Positions 10,347 through 20,728 of a stretch of DNA of 64,000 bases are shown piece by piece. The notes below the pieces were generated by a model. The model did not search any database and had not been told where the DNA came from. It saw only the letters and a list, made by a program, of their open reading frames with translations. Source of the DNA: a virus; IMG/VR virus record IMGVR_UViG_3300032053_000053, positions 6,734 through 70,733 of that record; one strand, written 5' to 3'. Every line of letters begins with the position of its first letter. Position 1 is the stretch's first letter. A program made the translations under genes and the position numbers.

Positions 10347-13300
10347 ATGTCAAATTTTAAATCAAATACCAAGTATGTTCAAAGAAGTGAATCTATAAAT
10401 AGTCCGAAAAATAATCAAATTCCTAATGTTAGCGCAACGATGGCAAACGCAGTGTCTAGCGAGCGACGGAGTTCATTGGCGCAAGAGGTTGAGCAAGGAT
10501 TATTTAAAGACGGATCTTCATCAGCATTAAATAATTATAATATTACTAATGCGTCGAATGTATCTGCTTCAATTGGATTTAAAAAACAAAGCCAAGTGAC
10601 AAGTAGCGGCGGTGGGTTTAAGGGCACAAACGATACTGTAAAGCAAACGCCAGAAATATATTCTCCTTTATGGTTAAGCAGCAACTTGAACCTTCCAAGA
10701 GATCGTGCTACAATAAATGCATGGTGTCGAGCATTTTACGCATTAAATCCATTTGTTCATAATGCAATAAGCCTTCATAGCACTTATCCAATCAGTAAAT
10801 TAAATATAAAGTGCCCTAATAAAGAAGTTGAAAAGTTTTTTAATGATATGATTGAAGAGACTGACTTGATGAATGTTTGTGTTCAGATTGCCCAAGAGTT
10901 CTGGTTACTTGGGGAATCATTTATATATGCAGAGTTAGATCAAAGCCGCGGAAAATGGAGTAGGTTTTTAATTCAGAATCCAGACTATATGATCGTTAAG
11001 AAGACTGCGGTTGCTAGCGATCCCATTATAATGATGCGGCCGGATGAAGGTTTGAAAAAAATAGTACAGTCAAATAAGCCATCAGATTTAGCTCAACGAA
11101 AGCAGTTGAACCAGCATATAATTGATTGCGTTAAGAGGGGCGACAATATTCCGCTTGATAACTTCCATGTATCTCATTTGGCAAGAAGAATTAGTCCTTA
11201 TGAAATTAGAGGCACTGGGCTGCCTGTTTGTATATTTAGACAACTAATGTTATTTGATAAATTAAGAGAATGTTATTCTGATGACACGGAGGTTTTAACT
11301 GATAAAGGGTTTAAAACTATTGATCAGTTAACAGAATTAACAACTAGCGTATCTATTAATCCAAATTATGTTAATGGCATTGATTTAGATGAAAACGGAA
11401 AAATAAACTCCATTTTGACCATGAAAGAAAATTTTAAAGTTGCATGCGTTAATCCAGACACAAATGAAATAGAATATCATAAGCCAACTGAGCTTCACAT
11501 GTCACATCATGAAGGAAAAATGCTTCATTTTACTGGTAAAAAAATTGACACATTAGTTTCCCCTAATCATAAAATGTGGGTAAAAGAACAAACAAATGGT
11601 GTTTGGGGAGAGAGCATAAAACGGCCTGCCCAAGATCTTCTTTTTAAGAAGAAATATTATAAATTTAATTCTAAATCAAAATATGTTTCTGGTGAATACA
11701 TAGATAATGTAGCTATTTATAATAAACATATCCCTATTAAGCTTTATCTTAAAGTTCTTGGATACATTATATCTGAAGGTTGTGTTTATGAAAATTCTAA
11801 AAATGACCGTTATGATGCTGTTATATGTGTTAATCAGTTAACGTCTAGTAGTTGTTATAAAGATATGAGACAATCATTTGAGGCATTTGCTGATAAATTA
11901 AATGTAAAATGTTGTTCATATATCGATATTAAAGGTTCTGGATATTCAAAAAATACTCCAAAAGAAAAATGGGAAAGTAGAATTCACGGAAAAGATTTAG
12001 TTAAATATTTTAAAAATGAAATTGGTACTAGCGGGTCCACCCGGTCAGAACATAAACATTTGCCCCGTTGGGTACTTAACCTTAGACCAGATCTTCTTAG
12101 TATTGTTTTAGATTCATTAGTATCTGGTGATGGTTCAAAAAGTCAAAGTAAATATGGCACTGAATCTAAGTCATTTAAATATTCAACTATTTCCAAGCAA
12201 CTGGCTGACGATGTATATGAATTAGTTTATAAAATCGGATTTGTTCCAAATATTTGCGTTTCAGTTGCAAAAAAATCTGATGGACGAATTGTAACAGAAT
12301 ATATTGTTATGTGGTCAGATACAGATTATGGCAACGAACCATTGGTTTATACTGGAACAAAAAGCAAAGATGGGGCTGGTGGTGGGGCAATAATTAATGA
12401 AATTGATTATAATGGAAAAGTTTGGTGCTTTGAAGTTCCAACAGGATTATTTATAACAAGACGTAACGGCAAATTAGCTATTCATGGAAATAGTAAATTT
12501 GCTCAAGCTGACGGTATGATCAATCCACTAACTTTAGTTAAGGTTGGAGGGGGAGCCGGCGATTATAAGCCAACTCACGCAGATTTAGATGCTTGGCGCG
12601 AAATCTTTGAATGTCATGATGAAGAAACTGAAGTACTTACAGATAGTGGGTTTAAAAGGTTCGATGAAGTAATACAGTATTCTGAAATTATGGACGGAAC
12701 TTATAGCTACCCAATTTGTTTAGCTTATCCAAAAAATAATGTAAAAATCGCTTGTTTTAATCCTAATAATGAAGAATTGGAGTACCATACACCTACAGGC
12801 GCGAGCGTATATAATTATGAAGGGGAGATGTATCATTTTTCTAACAAAAAAGTTGATTTGAAAGTCACGCCTAATCACAAATTATGGGTTTCAAAAAGAG
12901 AAAATGGATCAAAATATGGGTCATGGCATAAATTATGTGCCGATAAATTATTAATTAATAATTATCATAAGTTTAAGTCACATATAAAGTGGACGGGGAA
13001 AGATATTGTGTCCACTAATATTTGCGATAAAAGCGTTCCAATAGAAAATTATTTAGAGTATATTGGATACCTATTAAGTGAAGGCTGTGTATATAAAAGC
13101 AGCAGAAATTACTATACGAGCATTTGCCAATCTACTATTACAGATAAAAAACATTATCCTAAAATGAGAAAGTGTTTAACTGAATTTGCAAAATTATTAG
13201 ACATGAAAACTAGCCATTACATTAATAAAAATGGTATATGGTCAGGGAAAATATCCAATAAAGGTTTGTATGAGTACTTCAAAAATGAAATTGGAGTTGG

Positions 13301-14444
13301 CGGCGATTCAACATCTGCACATAAGAAAATGCCTAAATGGATTTTAGAGTTATCACCAAGATTATTAAAAATAGTATTATCGGCATTGGTTTGCGGAGAT
13401 GGGAACGTTTCTTTTAGCAAATTAAATAAGCTAAAATTATGTAGATATACAACAATTTCTAAACAACTTGCAGATGATGTGTATGAAATGGCTTATAAAT
13501 GTGGCTATGTTCCGCTTTTAGCAACATCAGCCAGGGGCACTAAAGTTTATGATATTTCTTGGTCTGAAGATATTAATGGCAAAGGCAGAACGCCATTAAT
13601 TCATAAAGGCAATAGTTTAAAAGAAACAAATCCATTAATAATCGAAAACTATAATGGTAAAGTGTGGTGCTTTGAGGTACCAACAGGTTTGTTTATTACC
13701 AGGAGAAATGGGAAAATAACAATTCAAGGAAACTCCGCTCAATACGATAAAGACTTCAAGATTTTTACTCATGAAGGCGTGTCTGTAGAGAGAGTTGGGT
13801 ATGGTCAAGGCATTTTAGATATTGGTAATGACATCACTCAACTAATAAAAGAAATATATGTAGGTTTGCAAGTTCCGTCAGTATTAATGGACGGAGGCTC
13901 TGATACTACATATGCTAATGGCGGCGTTGCGATGGATATTTTGCGCCAACGATATATGCAATTTAGAAACATGATGAGTATGTGGTTAAAAAGAAAAATT
14001 TTTGCACCAATATCACATATTCAAGGTTTTTATGAATACAAAAAGGGCAGCGGTAAATCAGAAAAACAATTAATAGTTCCTGAAATTGACTGGAATCATA
14101 TGTCATTATTTGATGCCGGTGATTATATGAATGTACTATCGCAGCTAACACAGGGCGAAGGCGGACAAAAAAGAGTATCTTTGCACACGCTTTATCGTTC
14201 ACTTGGGCTTGAATGGGAAGATGAACAGCGAAAAATGCGTAAAGAGGCAATTTCAGTTGCAATCTTAAAGAAAGAACAAGCCGCTTTGGATACAATGGAT
14301 CTAAATTCTATACGTGCAATTACTGATGATGATGAAATTTTAGAGCCTGACAATGCTTCTGATTTTGCAAATGAATCCTCTGGTGGCGAAACTGCCCCAT
14401 TACCTGGAATGGAAAGCTCGCCAACTACTCCACCAGCCGTATAA
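10347..14444 (+). CDS. Portal protein precursor with two inteins (about 584 aa after splicing)
   Basis: Follows terL; portal-like segments (NPFVHNAI, EFWLLGESFIY, SPYEIRG, GLQVPSVL); acidic C-terminal tail. Confidence 0.82.
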   Translation: MSNFKSNTKYVQRSESINSPKNNQIPNVSATMANAVSSERRSSLAQEVEQGLFKDGSSSALNNYNITNASNVSASIGFKKQSQVTSSGGGFKGTNDTVKQTPEIYSPLWLSSNLNLPRDRATINAWCRAFYALNPFVHNAISLHSTYPISKLNIKCPNKEVEKFFNDMIEETDLMNVCVQIAQEFWLLGESFIYAELDQSRGKWSRFLIQNPDYMIVKKTAVASDPIIMMRPDEGLKKIVQSNKPSDLAQRKQLNQHIIDCVKRGDNIPLDNFHVSHLARRISPYEIRGTGLPVCIFRQLMLFDKLRECYSDDTEVLTDKGFKTIDQLTELTTSVSINPNYVNGIDLDENGKINSILTMKENFKVACVNPDTNEIEYHKPTELHMSHHEGKMLHFTGKKIDTLVSPNHKMWVKEQTNGVWGESIKRPAQDLLFKKKYYKFNSKSKYVSGEYIDNVAIYNKHIPIKLYLKVLGYIISEGCVYENSKNDRYDAVICVNQLTSSSCYKDMRQSFEAFADKLNVKCCSYIDIKGSGYSKNTPKEKWESRIHGKDLVKYFKNEIGTSGSTRSEHKHLPRWVLNLRPDLLSIVLDSLVSGDGSKSQSKYGTESKSFKYSTISKQLADDVYELVYKIGFVPNICVSVAKKSDGRIVTEYIVMWSDTDYGNEPLVYTGTKSKDGAGGGAIINEIDYNGKVWCFEVPTGLFITRRNGKLAIHGNSKFAQADGMINPLTLVKVGGGAGDYKPTHADLDAWREIFECHDEETEVLTDSGFKRFDEVIQYSEIMDGTYSYPICLAYPKNNVKIACFNPNNEELEYHTPTGASVYNYEGEMYHFSNKKVDLKVTPNHKLWVSKRENGSKYGSWHKLCADKLLINNYHKFKSHIKWTGKDIVSTNICDKSVPIENYLEYIGYLLSEGCVYKSSRNYYTSICQSTITDKKHYPKMRKCLTEFAKLLDMKTSHYINKNGIWSGKISNKGLYEYFKNEIGVGGDSTSAHKKMPKWILELSPRLLKIVLSALVCGDGNVSFSKLNKLKLCRYTTISKQLADDVYEMAYKCGYVPLLATSARGTKVYDISWSEDINGKGRTPLIHKGNSLKETNPLIIENYNGKVWCFEVPTGLFITRRNGKITIQGNSAQYDKDFKIFTHEGVSVERVGYGQGILDIGNDITQLIKEIYVGLQVPSVLMDGGSDTTYANGGVAMDILRQRYMQFRNMMSMWLKRKIFAPISHIQGFYEYKKGSGKSEKQLIVPEIDWNHMSLFDAGDYMNVLSQLTQGEGGQKRVSLHTLYRSLGLEWEDEQRKMRKEAISVAILKKEQAALDTMDLNSIRAITDDDEILEPDNASDFANESSGGETAPLPGMESSPTTPPAV
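11271..12491 (+). mobile_element. Intein 1 with LAGLIDADG endonuclease (407 aa)
   Basis: E|CYSDDTEVLT...VSPNH...LGYIISEG...LVSGDG...VWCFEVPTG...IHGN|S. Confidence 0.92.
12612..13733 (+). mobile_element. Intein 2 with LAGLIDADG endonuclease (374 aa)
   Basis: E|CHDEETEVLT...VTPNH...IGYLLSEG...LVCGDG...VWCFEVPTG...IQGN|S. Confidence 0.92.
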
Positions 14445-14518
14445 ATTAAATTGTTATACGCACATTAATTAGCCATATTTTTGTATTACATTGGAAATGT
14501 GATTATAAGGAATATTTT

Positions 14519-16000
14519 ATGAAAAAACAAGCGCAAAAACGAAGCTTAATGCATCGGTTAAAAGAAAATGTTGATATTTTCGGACATGCAGCAGAAGCCT
14601 TTAGTCCCACATTTGGAAAATTAATGGGTGAAATTCGTGAAGCAGACGAATCAGTTCGCAAATCATTATTAGAAGAAGATCCTAATCCAAAAAAATTACT
14701 TGATGACGCCAAGTCAAATTTTAATAGACGAGAGTATATGTCAGCTGTATCTGGTCTTGCTGCTTTTCATGACAAATTAGCCGGTGTAATGGGGGCTCTA
14801 AAAAGTTTATCTGCAAAGGTTGACGAGGCTCACAAAGAGTTTATTTTTAAAGATCTTCCAGATGACACATTATCAGGATTAAAAGGGCTAAGGCAAAAAT
14901 TTGAAGCTAAAGCGGAAGTTAAATATCAATTAAATAAATATGCCGGCATTAGTGATTTATGGTATTCATTAACGACTGAGCGTGGCGGCGCATTAAGAGC
15001 ATGGGAAAAACGATATCCTGCTAAGATGAAGCAATTAAAATCTCAAACACAGTCTTTAATAAATAAATCTGATGAATTATTTTCAACATTATTATCATCA
15101 TTAAAAGATATGTCAAAAGCAAGGGCTAATCGTAATTTAGATGATTACGTCAAATCAGTTGATAGATTAATAGGAAAATATAATTCTTATGACGCAAACT
15201 TCAAAACATATTATAATGATAACGTTAAGGGGTTTTTAGATAAATTAGTTGCGGCGGAAGAAGCGAAAGCGGCGGAAGAAGCGAAAGCGGCGGAAGAAGC
15301 GAAAGCGGCGGAAGAAGCGAAAGCGGCGGAAGAAGCGAAAGCGGCGGAAGAAGCGAAAGCGGCGGAAGAAGCGAAAGCGGCGGAAGAAGCGAAAAAATTA
15401 TTATCGGTCAAAACTCCAGATATTGGATTGGGTGAACAAAATATAGTGTCTGAAAAGCCATCATCAACATCAGGGGCGTCACGTTCATTTGCACCTGCGC
15501 CTGGATCTGAATTGGATAAGACTGTAAGCACTCTACCATTTGCAAAAACACAACCAATTCCAGCTATAAAGATACAGCCTGAGCCAATTAAACAGCCAAG
15601 CTCATTCCCAAAGACTGTCCCATCGCCAATCTTACCACAAATAAATCCTGAAAAAGTATATGATCAGGTTATGAAGGGAAAAATACCTCAGGCAATTGTT
15701 CCAAAACAAATTGCGGAAACTGCGGTAGAAACTATAATTCCTCCGGTAAAACTTAATCAGCCTGAGCCAGAATCAGATGAGCCTGCAAAAATTGAAGAAG
15801 ATGCATTAAAAACTGATAAATCTCCTGCAACAATGCCGACAAGATACTCCAATTTTATTAACACCTTGCAAATATTTTCAAATGAAAGCCCTGAAGTGCT
15901 GGCAATGGAAATATCAAAATTTGCCAATTCAATTAAACGTAGTGATAAATTAACAAGCTTAAAATTATTTGCTATTGTTGAAGGCATAAAAAATGGGTAA
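14519..16000 (+). CDS. Putative internal head protein with AAEEAK repeats and Pro-rich linker
   Basis: 493 aa; AAGGA RBS; begins MKKQAQ. Confidence 0.6.
   Translation: MKKQAQKRSLMHRLKENVDIFGHAAEAFSPTFGKLMGEIREADESVRKSLLEEDPNPKKLLDDAKSNFNRREYMSAVSGLAAFHDKLAGVMGALKSLSAKVDEAHKEFIFKDLPDDTLSGLKGLRQKFEAKAEVKYQLNKYAGISDLWYSLTTERGGALRAWEKRYPAKMKQLKSQTQSLINKSDELFSTLLSSLKDMSKARANRNLDDYVKSVDRLIGKYNSYDANFKTYYNDNVKGFLDKLVAAEEAKAAEEAKAAEEAKAAEEAKAAEEAKAAEEAKAAEEAKAAEEAKKLLSVKTPDIGLGEQNIVSEKPSSTSGASRSFAPAPGSELDKTVSTLPFAKTQPIPAIKIQPEPIKQPSSFPKTVPSPILPQINPEKVYDQVMKGKIPQAIVPKQIAETAVETIIPPVKLNQPEPESDEPAKIEEDALKTDKSPATMPTRYSNFINTLQIFSNESPEVLAMEISKFANSIKRSDKLTSLKLFAIVEGIKNG
15251..15394 (+). repeat. Perfect 18-bp tandem repeat x8 (GCGGCGGAAGAAGCGAAA = AAEEAK)
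   Basis: Read directly: 8 identical in-frame units. Confidence 0.97.
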
Positions 16001-16970
16001 TCGTGTAGAAAGAGTTCAAACAAACGTCTCCCAGAATGATGTCATAAGCGCTATGATTGAAGCCTGGAAAGAGTTGTTTGGTACTATGCCTTATAGAGAA
16101 CAAATAGCTCTATTATTATCACAAAATGATTTAGAAACCGGGCATAGAAAAAGCATGTGGAATTATAACATTGGTAATATAACTACCAACGGAAAAGGTA
16201 CATATGACTATTTTGATAATCTTACCACTAGTGAACAAACTAGCCCTGGAGTATGGAAAAAAATGCGTCTTAAGTATAGGGCGTATCCGTCTTTAATCGA
16301 AGGGGCAAAAGACTATTTACAATTTTTAAGTTCCGGGCGATACCAAAAATCCTGGCAAAATGTGCTTCATCCAGACCCGGCAGCATTCGCAAAATCATTA
16401 AAAGATGCCGGGTATTATACTGCTGATGAGGCACCATACTCAGAACATTTAAGTAGTTTATTTAAACAATATACATCTACGAAAGAACATAGGCCTGATG
16501 CTGACCACAGTCATTACACGCAAAAAACACATACTAATAATGAAGGCCCAGGTGTAAAGGGGTGGCTAATTACACAGCTAAATAAAATGCTTGATTCATA
16601 TTTAAGTGCTTTTGCCAATAAATTACCGTCTAATAATTATTTAATAAAGATTAGCTCTAAAAATATATATAATTCGGCAGAGTTTTCTAGAATATTATGC
16701 GAGGCTTTAGAAGAGGAATTTGGTGTAAGAACTTATTCATACACAGATAATAAAGATATTGAGATAGAGTGTGCTGCCAATTTAGATAAGAAAAATATAG
16801 AATTAGCTTGTAATGAAGTATTAAATATGTTTGAAAAATCTGCCGGTGTTTACGATATAAAAACGGAATTATTAGATAGCGATAAATCAAGACTAAAGTT
16901 TATAGATTATAATAAGTCATCAAATAATTATCGTATGTTTAGAATAAACCAATATTTAGTCAAAGGTTAA
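15993..16970 (+). CDS. Glucosaminidase/FlgJ-like (GH73-type) peptidoglycan hydrolase with C-terminal extension
   Basis: LETG (catalytic Glu), NYNIGNI, YRAYPSL..GAKDY, AGYYTAD...Y motifs. Confidence 0.75.
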   Translation: MGNRVERVQTNVSQNDVISAMIEAWKELFGTMPYREQIALLLSQNDLETGHRKSMWNYNIGNITTNGKGTYDYFDNLTTSEQTSPGVWKKMRLKYRAYPSLIEGAKDYLQFLSSGRYQKSWQNVLHPDPAAFAKSLKDAGYYTADEAPYSEHLSSLFKQYTSTKEHRPDADHSHYTQKTHTNNEGPGVKGWLITQLNKMLDSYLSAFANKLPSNNYLIKISSKNIYNSAEFSRILCEALEEEFGVRTYSYTDNKDIEIECAANLDKKNIELACNEVLNMFEKSAGVYDIKTELLDSDKSRLKFIDYNKSSNNYRMFRINQYLVKG

Positions 16971-16971
16971 A

Positions 16972-17349
16972 ATGGCAACGGAAAAAGATTGTTTAGATTT
17001 GATTCAAAATACTCCTACTAGAGATAGGACTTTTGCGGAATTTGTATCAATATTATTTAAGGATAAAATAGTCGAGGTGTATGTTGGAGATTCATATGAA
17101 GATATTAAATTAGAACAACATTCTCAGCAATATCCAGCTATATTCTGTGGCAAGGTTGTCGGAGCATATAAAGAATGTTTGATTCTTATGTCCGCATATT
17201 CTGAAGGTAATGAATATAAAATGGGAGGGATATTTATTGTTAATGAGCGCGCCATAAAAGCATTACGAGAAGCGTCTACTAAAACAAAAATATCTGATAT
17301 GTTTCTTGATAGCGAAGATTCAGTTAGTGTAGCTAAGAGATTTGGTTAA
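16972..17349 (+). CDS. Hypothetical protein (small beta-barrel-like)
   Basis: 125 aa; AAGG RBS. Confidence 0.6.
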   Translation: MATEKDCLDLIQNTPTRDRTFAEFVSILFKDKIVEVYVGDSYEDIKLEQHSQQYPAIFCGKVVGAYKECLILMSAYSEGNEYKMGGIFIVNERAIKALREASTKTKISDMFLDSEDSVSVAKRFG

Positions 17350-18046
17350 AATGGAAACATTGATAAAAATTTCTTATATTAAAAAATTACCCAATGGCAA
17401 ATATAGAGTTTTATCAGAAAAAGGAAAGAATTTTGGAACATACGATTCTAAGGAAGCTGCAGAAAAAAGATTAAAACAAATAGAAATGTTTAAGTATATT
17501 AATAGATATAAAAAAATTAAAAAAGCCAGTGATGATAGGATTGATCTAACTGATATTGAAGATTTCAGCTTATCTGCTGTAATGAGAAAATTAAACAAGC
17601 AATTGTCAAAAGATGATATATTATGTTTTTTCAAAGTTTATAAAGAACATTTTGATGTTGCAATAACAAAAGAACTTCAAAAACCCGAAGTGTTAGCATT
17701 AACAAAAGCACTATTAGATCTTAATAAGGTAAAGAAAATAAAAATAGATAAAAGTATAATCAAGGAAGCAGCCATAGCTGAACTTGGTGATGCTGCTCAA
17801 GTTGGTCAATACCTAGCCGGAATGATTAAATTTCTCATGCAACGAATTTCATTGGAAAACAGACAAAAATCAATTAATGGATTAAAGCAAAAATTGTATA
17901 TTTTGAATGAATCTGAAATTGCTGGAAAAAAAATGCCAGCATCAAGTGCAATTGGCCAGTCAATCACATTAGTTAAACACATTCTATTTAGTCATGATTC
18001 CAGGTATATTAGAGAGGTCATAAATAATATTGTGAGAAATTTGTGA
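17342..18046 (+). CDS. Putative head-associated protein
   Basis: N-terminal GKYRVLSEKGKNFGTYDSKEAAEKRLKQIEMFK module; KKAS and KEAA motifs; true start may be the ATG at 17351. Confidence 0.55.
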   Translation: MVKMETLIKISYIKKLPNGKYRVLSEKGKNFGTYDSKEAAEKRLKQIEMFKYINRYKKIKKASDDRIDLTDIEDFSLSAVMRKLNKQLSKDDILCFFKVYKEHFDVAITKELQKPEVLALTKALLDLNKVKKIKIDKSIIKEAAIAELGDAAQVGQYLAGMIKFLMQRISLENRQKSINGLKQKLYILNESEIAGKKMPASSAIGQSITLVKHILFSHDSRYIREVINNIVRNL

Positions 18047-18792
18047 TTAATAGGTTTATAAGAGTAGTTGATGGGTTATATAGAGGGTCTGCTCCGTCAG
18101 TTAAAGACGTTGTAAATCTAAATAAATTATATGGTGTTAATAAAATAGTGAGTTTGGATCAATTGGCAGGAAACAGAATAAATAAAATATGCAAATTGTT
18201 AGGAATTAAACATATAATTATTCCTATGAACGGTGCAAAGTCTTCTATTATTAATTTATTAAGCCATGATATAAAAAAATTATTGTTGAATGACGGACCT
18301 ACTTTTGTTCATTGCCAAGAAGGTAAAGATAGAACCGGGTTTATTATTGCTTTATTTAAATGTAAATATATGGGAGTATCATTAGAAGATGCGTTAGCAG
18401 AAGCAATTGGTCTTGGATTTGGATACGGAATTGATCCATTATTTACAAAGCTATATATAGGTATACTTAAAAAGCTATGTGTTGATAATAATTCCGCTGA
18501 CACTACCATTGTTGATAATGAAAGAGAATACATGCAAGATGGGCGATCATCTGCTTTAGATCATGCTGACAGAGGCTCATTTGCTCCATATATGAGCATA
18601 ACGAGGCAGTTTCCATATGATCCACCATATAACTATGTTTATGATCAAGAGCCTACAAGAGAAAATTTTAGGCAGCCAATAGAGCCGAATGAGCCACATG
18701 GAGAGCTTCCCATGGTTGGACAATACGACAATGCCTCTGGAGTTAAAGGAGTTGGGCCGGTTGAAATTGGGACAGGGTTTCTAAATAGTTAG
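18043..18792 (+). CDS. Dual-specificity / tyrosine phosphatase family protein
   Basis: LYRGSAP and CX5R P-loop FVHCQEGKDRTG; GTGA overlap with the upstream gene. Confidence 0.85.
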   Translation: MINRFIRVVDGLYRGSAPSVKDVVNLNKLYGVNKIVSLDQLAGNRINKICKLLGIKHIIIPMNGAKSSIINLLSHDIKKLLLNDGPTFVHCQEGKDRTGFIIALFKCKYMGVSLEDALAEAIGLGFGYGIDPLFTKLYIGILKKLCVDNNSADTTIVDNEREYMQDGRSSALDHADRGSFAPYMSITRQFPYDPPYNYVYDQEPTRENFRQPIEPNEPHGELPMVGQYDNASGVKGVGPVEIGTGFLNS

Positions 18793-18806
18793 TAAATTAA
18801 TTAACC

Positions 18807-19985
18807 TCAAAGAGAATTAAACCATCCGGCATCATACATTACAGAATATATTTGTCCAAGAGTAGCCCAATCAATATCTGCCGACAATATATTGCTTAAT
18901 GAAAAAACCTTAATATAAGTTATCTCCGTGTCGTTCTCGTTACCATATGATTCGTTTATTCTTGATACAAAGTATTCAAGCTCTTCTCGACTTAATTCAT
19001 AACTAAATACAAATGACTTATGAGCTGATAATGTTCCAGAAATTTGTCTCGACCCAACCGGTTTTAATTTTTCAATATTAATATCAAACCCGGTTTCTTC
19101 TTTTATTTCTTGTATTATAATTTTTTCATTATTTAAACTATTATGTGATGATCCGCCTACATTTTCAATAACAAATCCATCTTTGGTGACGGCAGGTGAT
19201 CTAAACTCACGAATTAATATAATTTTTGAATTTTCTAAATGTTTTTCTCTATGCCACATAACTACAGATGATATGTTTGTTCTAGATAAAACAAATTCGT
19301 TGGTTTTAACCCTATTTTCTTCGGAGATGTAGACATGTACTTTCAAGATCCACATAAATACAAAATCGCCGTTATTTGGTCTAAAGCTATATAAAACTCT
19401 TGCCCAATCTAATCTATTTTTTGCATTTGTTTGAGACTTATACCATTGTTGAAATGTCTCTGTTTTCCACACAAATAGGGGGACAAATCTTTCCCCTCCA
19501 GATCTTTCGGCTCCATCACCAATTTTATCAATAGCATCTTGCATAGTATCTGCTAATGTTTTTGAAAAAGGTATATTAAATTCTTTTGCATAAAATTCTT
19601 GATACGATGTTTTTTCTGCATCTGCAGGGCAGCCTAAAACAACCTTTCCGCTACCCTTCCAGTAGCCATACTCATCATTTGTTGTAAATGCTGGCAGATT
19701 TTTCAAGTCTCTCGGTATCCAAAAAACAATACAATCCGCAATATTTAAGCATTTATCTTCCCATTTTACCTGTTCATTATAATCAAAGTTTTCATTGGAA
19801 ATCATATCGCGATTTTCCGGACAAAATATAACCCCGTCATATCCTTTATCGCGAAGTATATTGATGGCACCTTCTCGCCATGAGGTTAATTCTTTTTCTT
19901 GACCCGGGCGAAGTGATGGCCCTGCAAGAAATAAGCTCTTTTTTATTACTTCAGGTATTTCTTCGCCAGTGTATATAATTTCCAT
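18807..19985 (-). CDS. Nucleoside 2-deoxyribosyltransferase-like plus NUDIX-like fusion
   Basis: SLFLAGP...QVKWE...ADCIVFWIPR...TTNDEYG; C-terminal GGSS...QEIKEETG Nudix box; GGAGG RBS. Confidence 0.75.
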   Translation of the reverse strand: MEIIYTGEEIPEVIKKSLFLAGPSLRPGQEKELTSWREGAINILRDKGYDGVIFCPENRDMISNENFDYNEQVKWEDKCLNIADCIVFWIPRDLKNLPAFTTNDEYGYWKGSGKVVLGCPADAEKTSYQEFYAKEFNIPFSKTLADTMQDAIDKIGDGAERSGGERFVPLFVWKTETFQQWYKSQTNAKNRLDWARVLYSFRPNNGDFVFMWILKVHVYISEENRVKTNEFVLSRTNISSVVMWHREKHLENSKIILIREFRSPAVTKDGFVIENVGGSSHNSLNNEKIIIQEIKEETGFDINIEKLKPVGSRQISGTLSAHKSFVFSYELSREELEYFVSRINESYGNENDTEITYIKVFSLSNILSADIDWATLGQIYSVMYDAGWFNSL

Positions 19986-20050
19986 TTTAAAACCTCCAGC
20001 ATATCTATATCTACAATATTAGTTATAATTTGACATATTTTTTGAACAAA

Positions 20051-20659
20051 ATGTATAAAAAATCTTACATGGTACAAATGTCATATGATATATCGGATGC
20101 AGAAAAAATGCAAGCCGAGAAATCTCTTATGGCATTTAATAATACGCTTAACTTATTAAAGGTGGCGACAGATCATCTAAATGTAATGTTAACTCCATTC
20201 AAAGATAATCCTGATATTTCTTCAGAAGAAATATTTAATTTTCGCACTCAATTAAGAGATTTTCGAGACGATGCAATAGATAATTTTAATAAGTTTAAGT
20301 TGGCCGGCTTTCAATGTATAGTTTTAATGCAAATGTTTTCGTCAGATACACAAACCGTTAAATTAATGAAAGCGTTCGTATCTTCTATTGATGATCTTGA
20401 AGGTAATGTGAATGGTTTTGCGGAACAATTCTCTGATCTTAAAACAAAAGATTTTATAAAAAAAATTATTAATATTACGTTAATTATTAAGTCAAAGTGT
20501 GAAAAAATAGAGAATATTATTAATGATCGTTTAAAACCGCATATTAGAGAAAATATCTTATCAAAGACATGGATTAACGAAATAGATAATTCGAAAACAC
20601 AATTAGATGCTAATAAACCGTTAATGGTAGATTTATTCAACAAAAACCAGAAAAAATAA
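20051..20659 (+). CDS. Hypothetical helical protein
   Basis: ATG at 20051 (MYKKSY) is more likely than TTG at 20030. Confidence 0.6.
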   Translation: MYKKSYMVQMSYDISDAEKMQAEKSLMAFNNTLNLLKVATDHLNVMLTPFKDNPDISSEEIFNFRTQLRDFRDDAIDNFNKFKLAGFQCIVLMQMFSSDTQTVKLMKAFVSSIDDLEGNVNGFAEQFSDLKTKDFIKKIINITLIIKSKCEKIENIINDRLKPHIRENILSKTWINEIDNSKTQLDANKPLMVDLFNKNQKK

Positions 20660-20728
20660 TGGTAATATTGATATATTACATTAGACCGTGCACTATATAT
20701 ATGATGAGAGATAAAGGTTGATAATAAA

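Noticed and set aside
15249-15446. Arg/Lys-rich protamine-like ORF (RRKKRK)n and antisense (ASSAAF)n ORF
   Set aside because: Alternate-frame readings of the 18-bp repeat inside a real gene.
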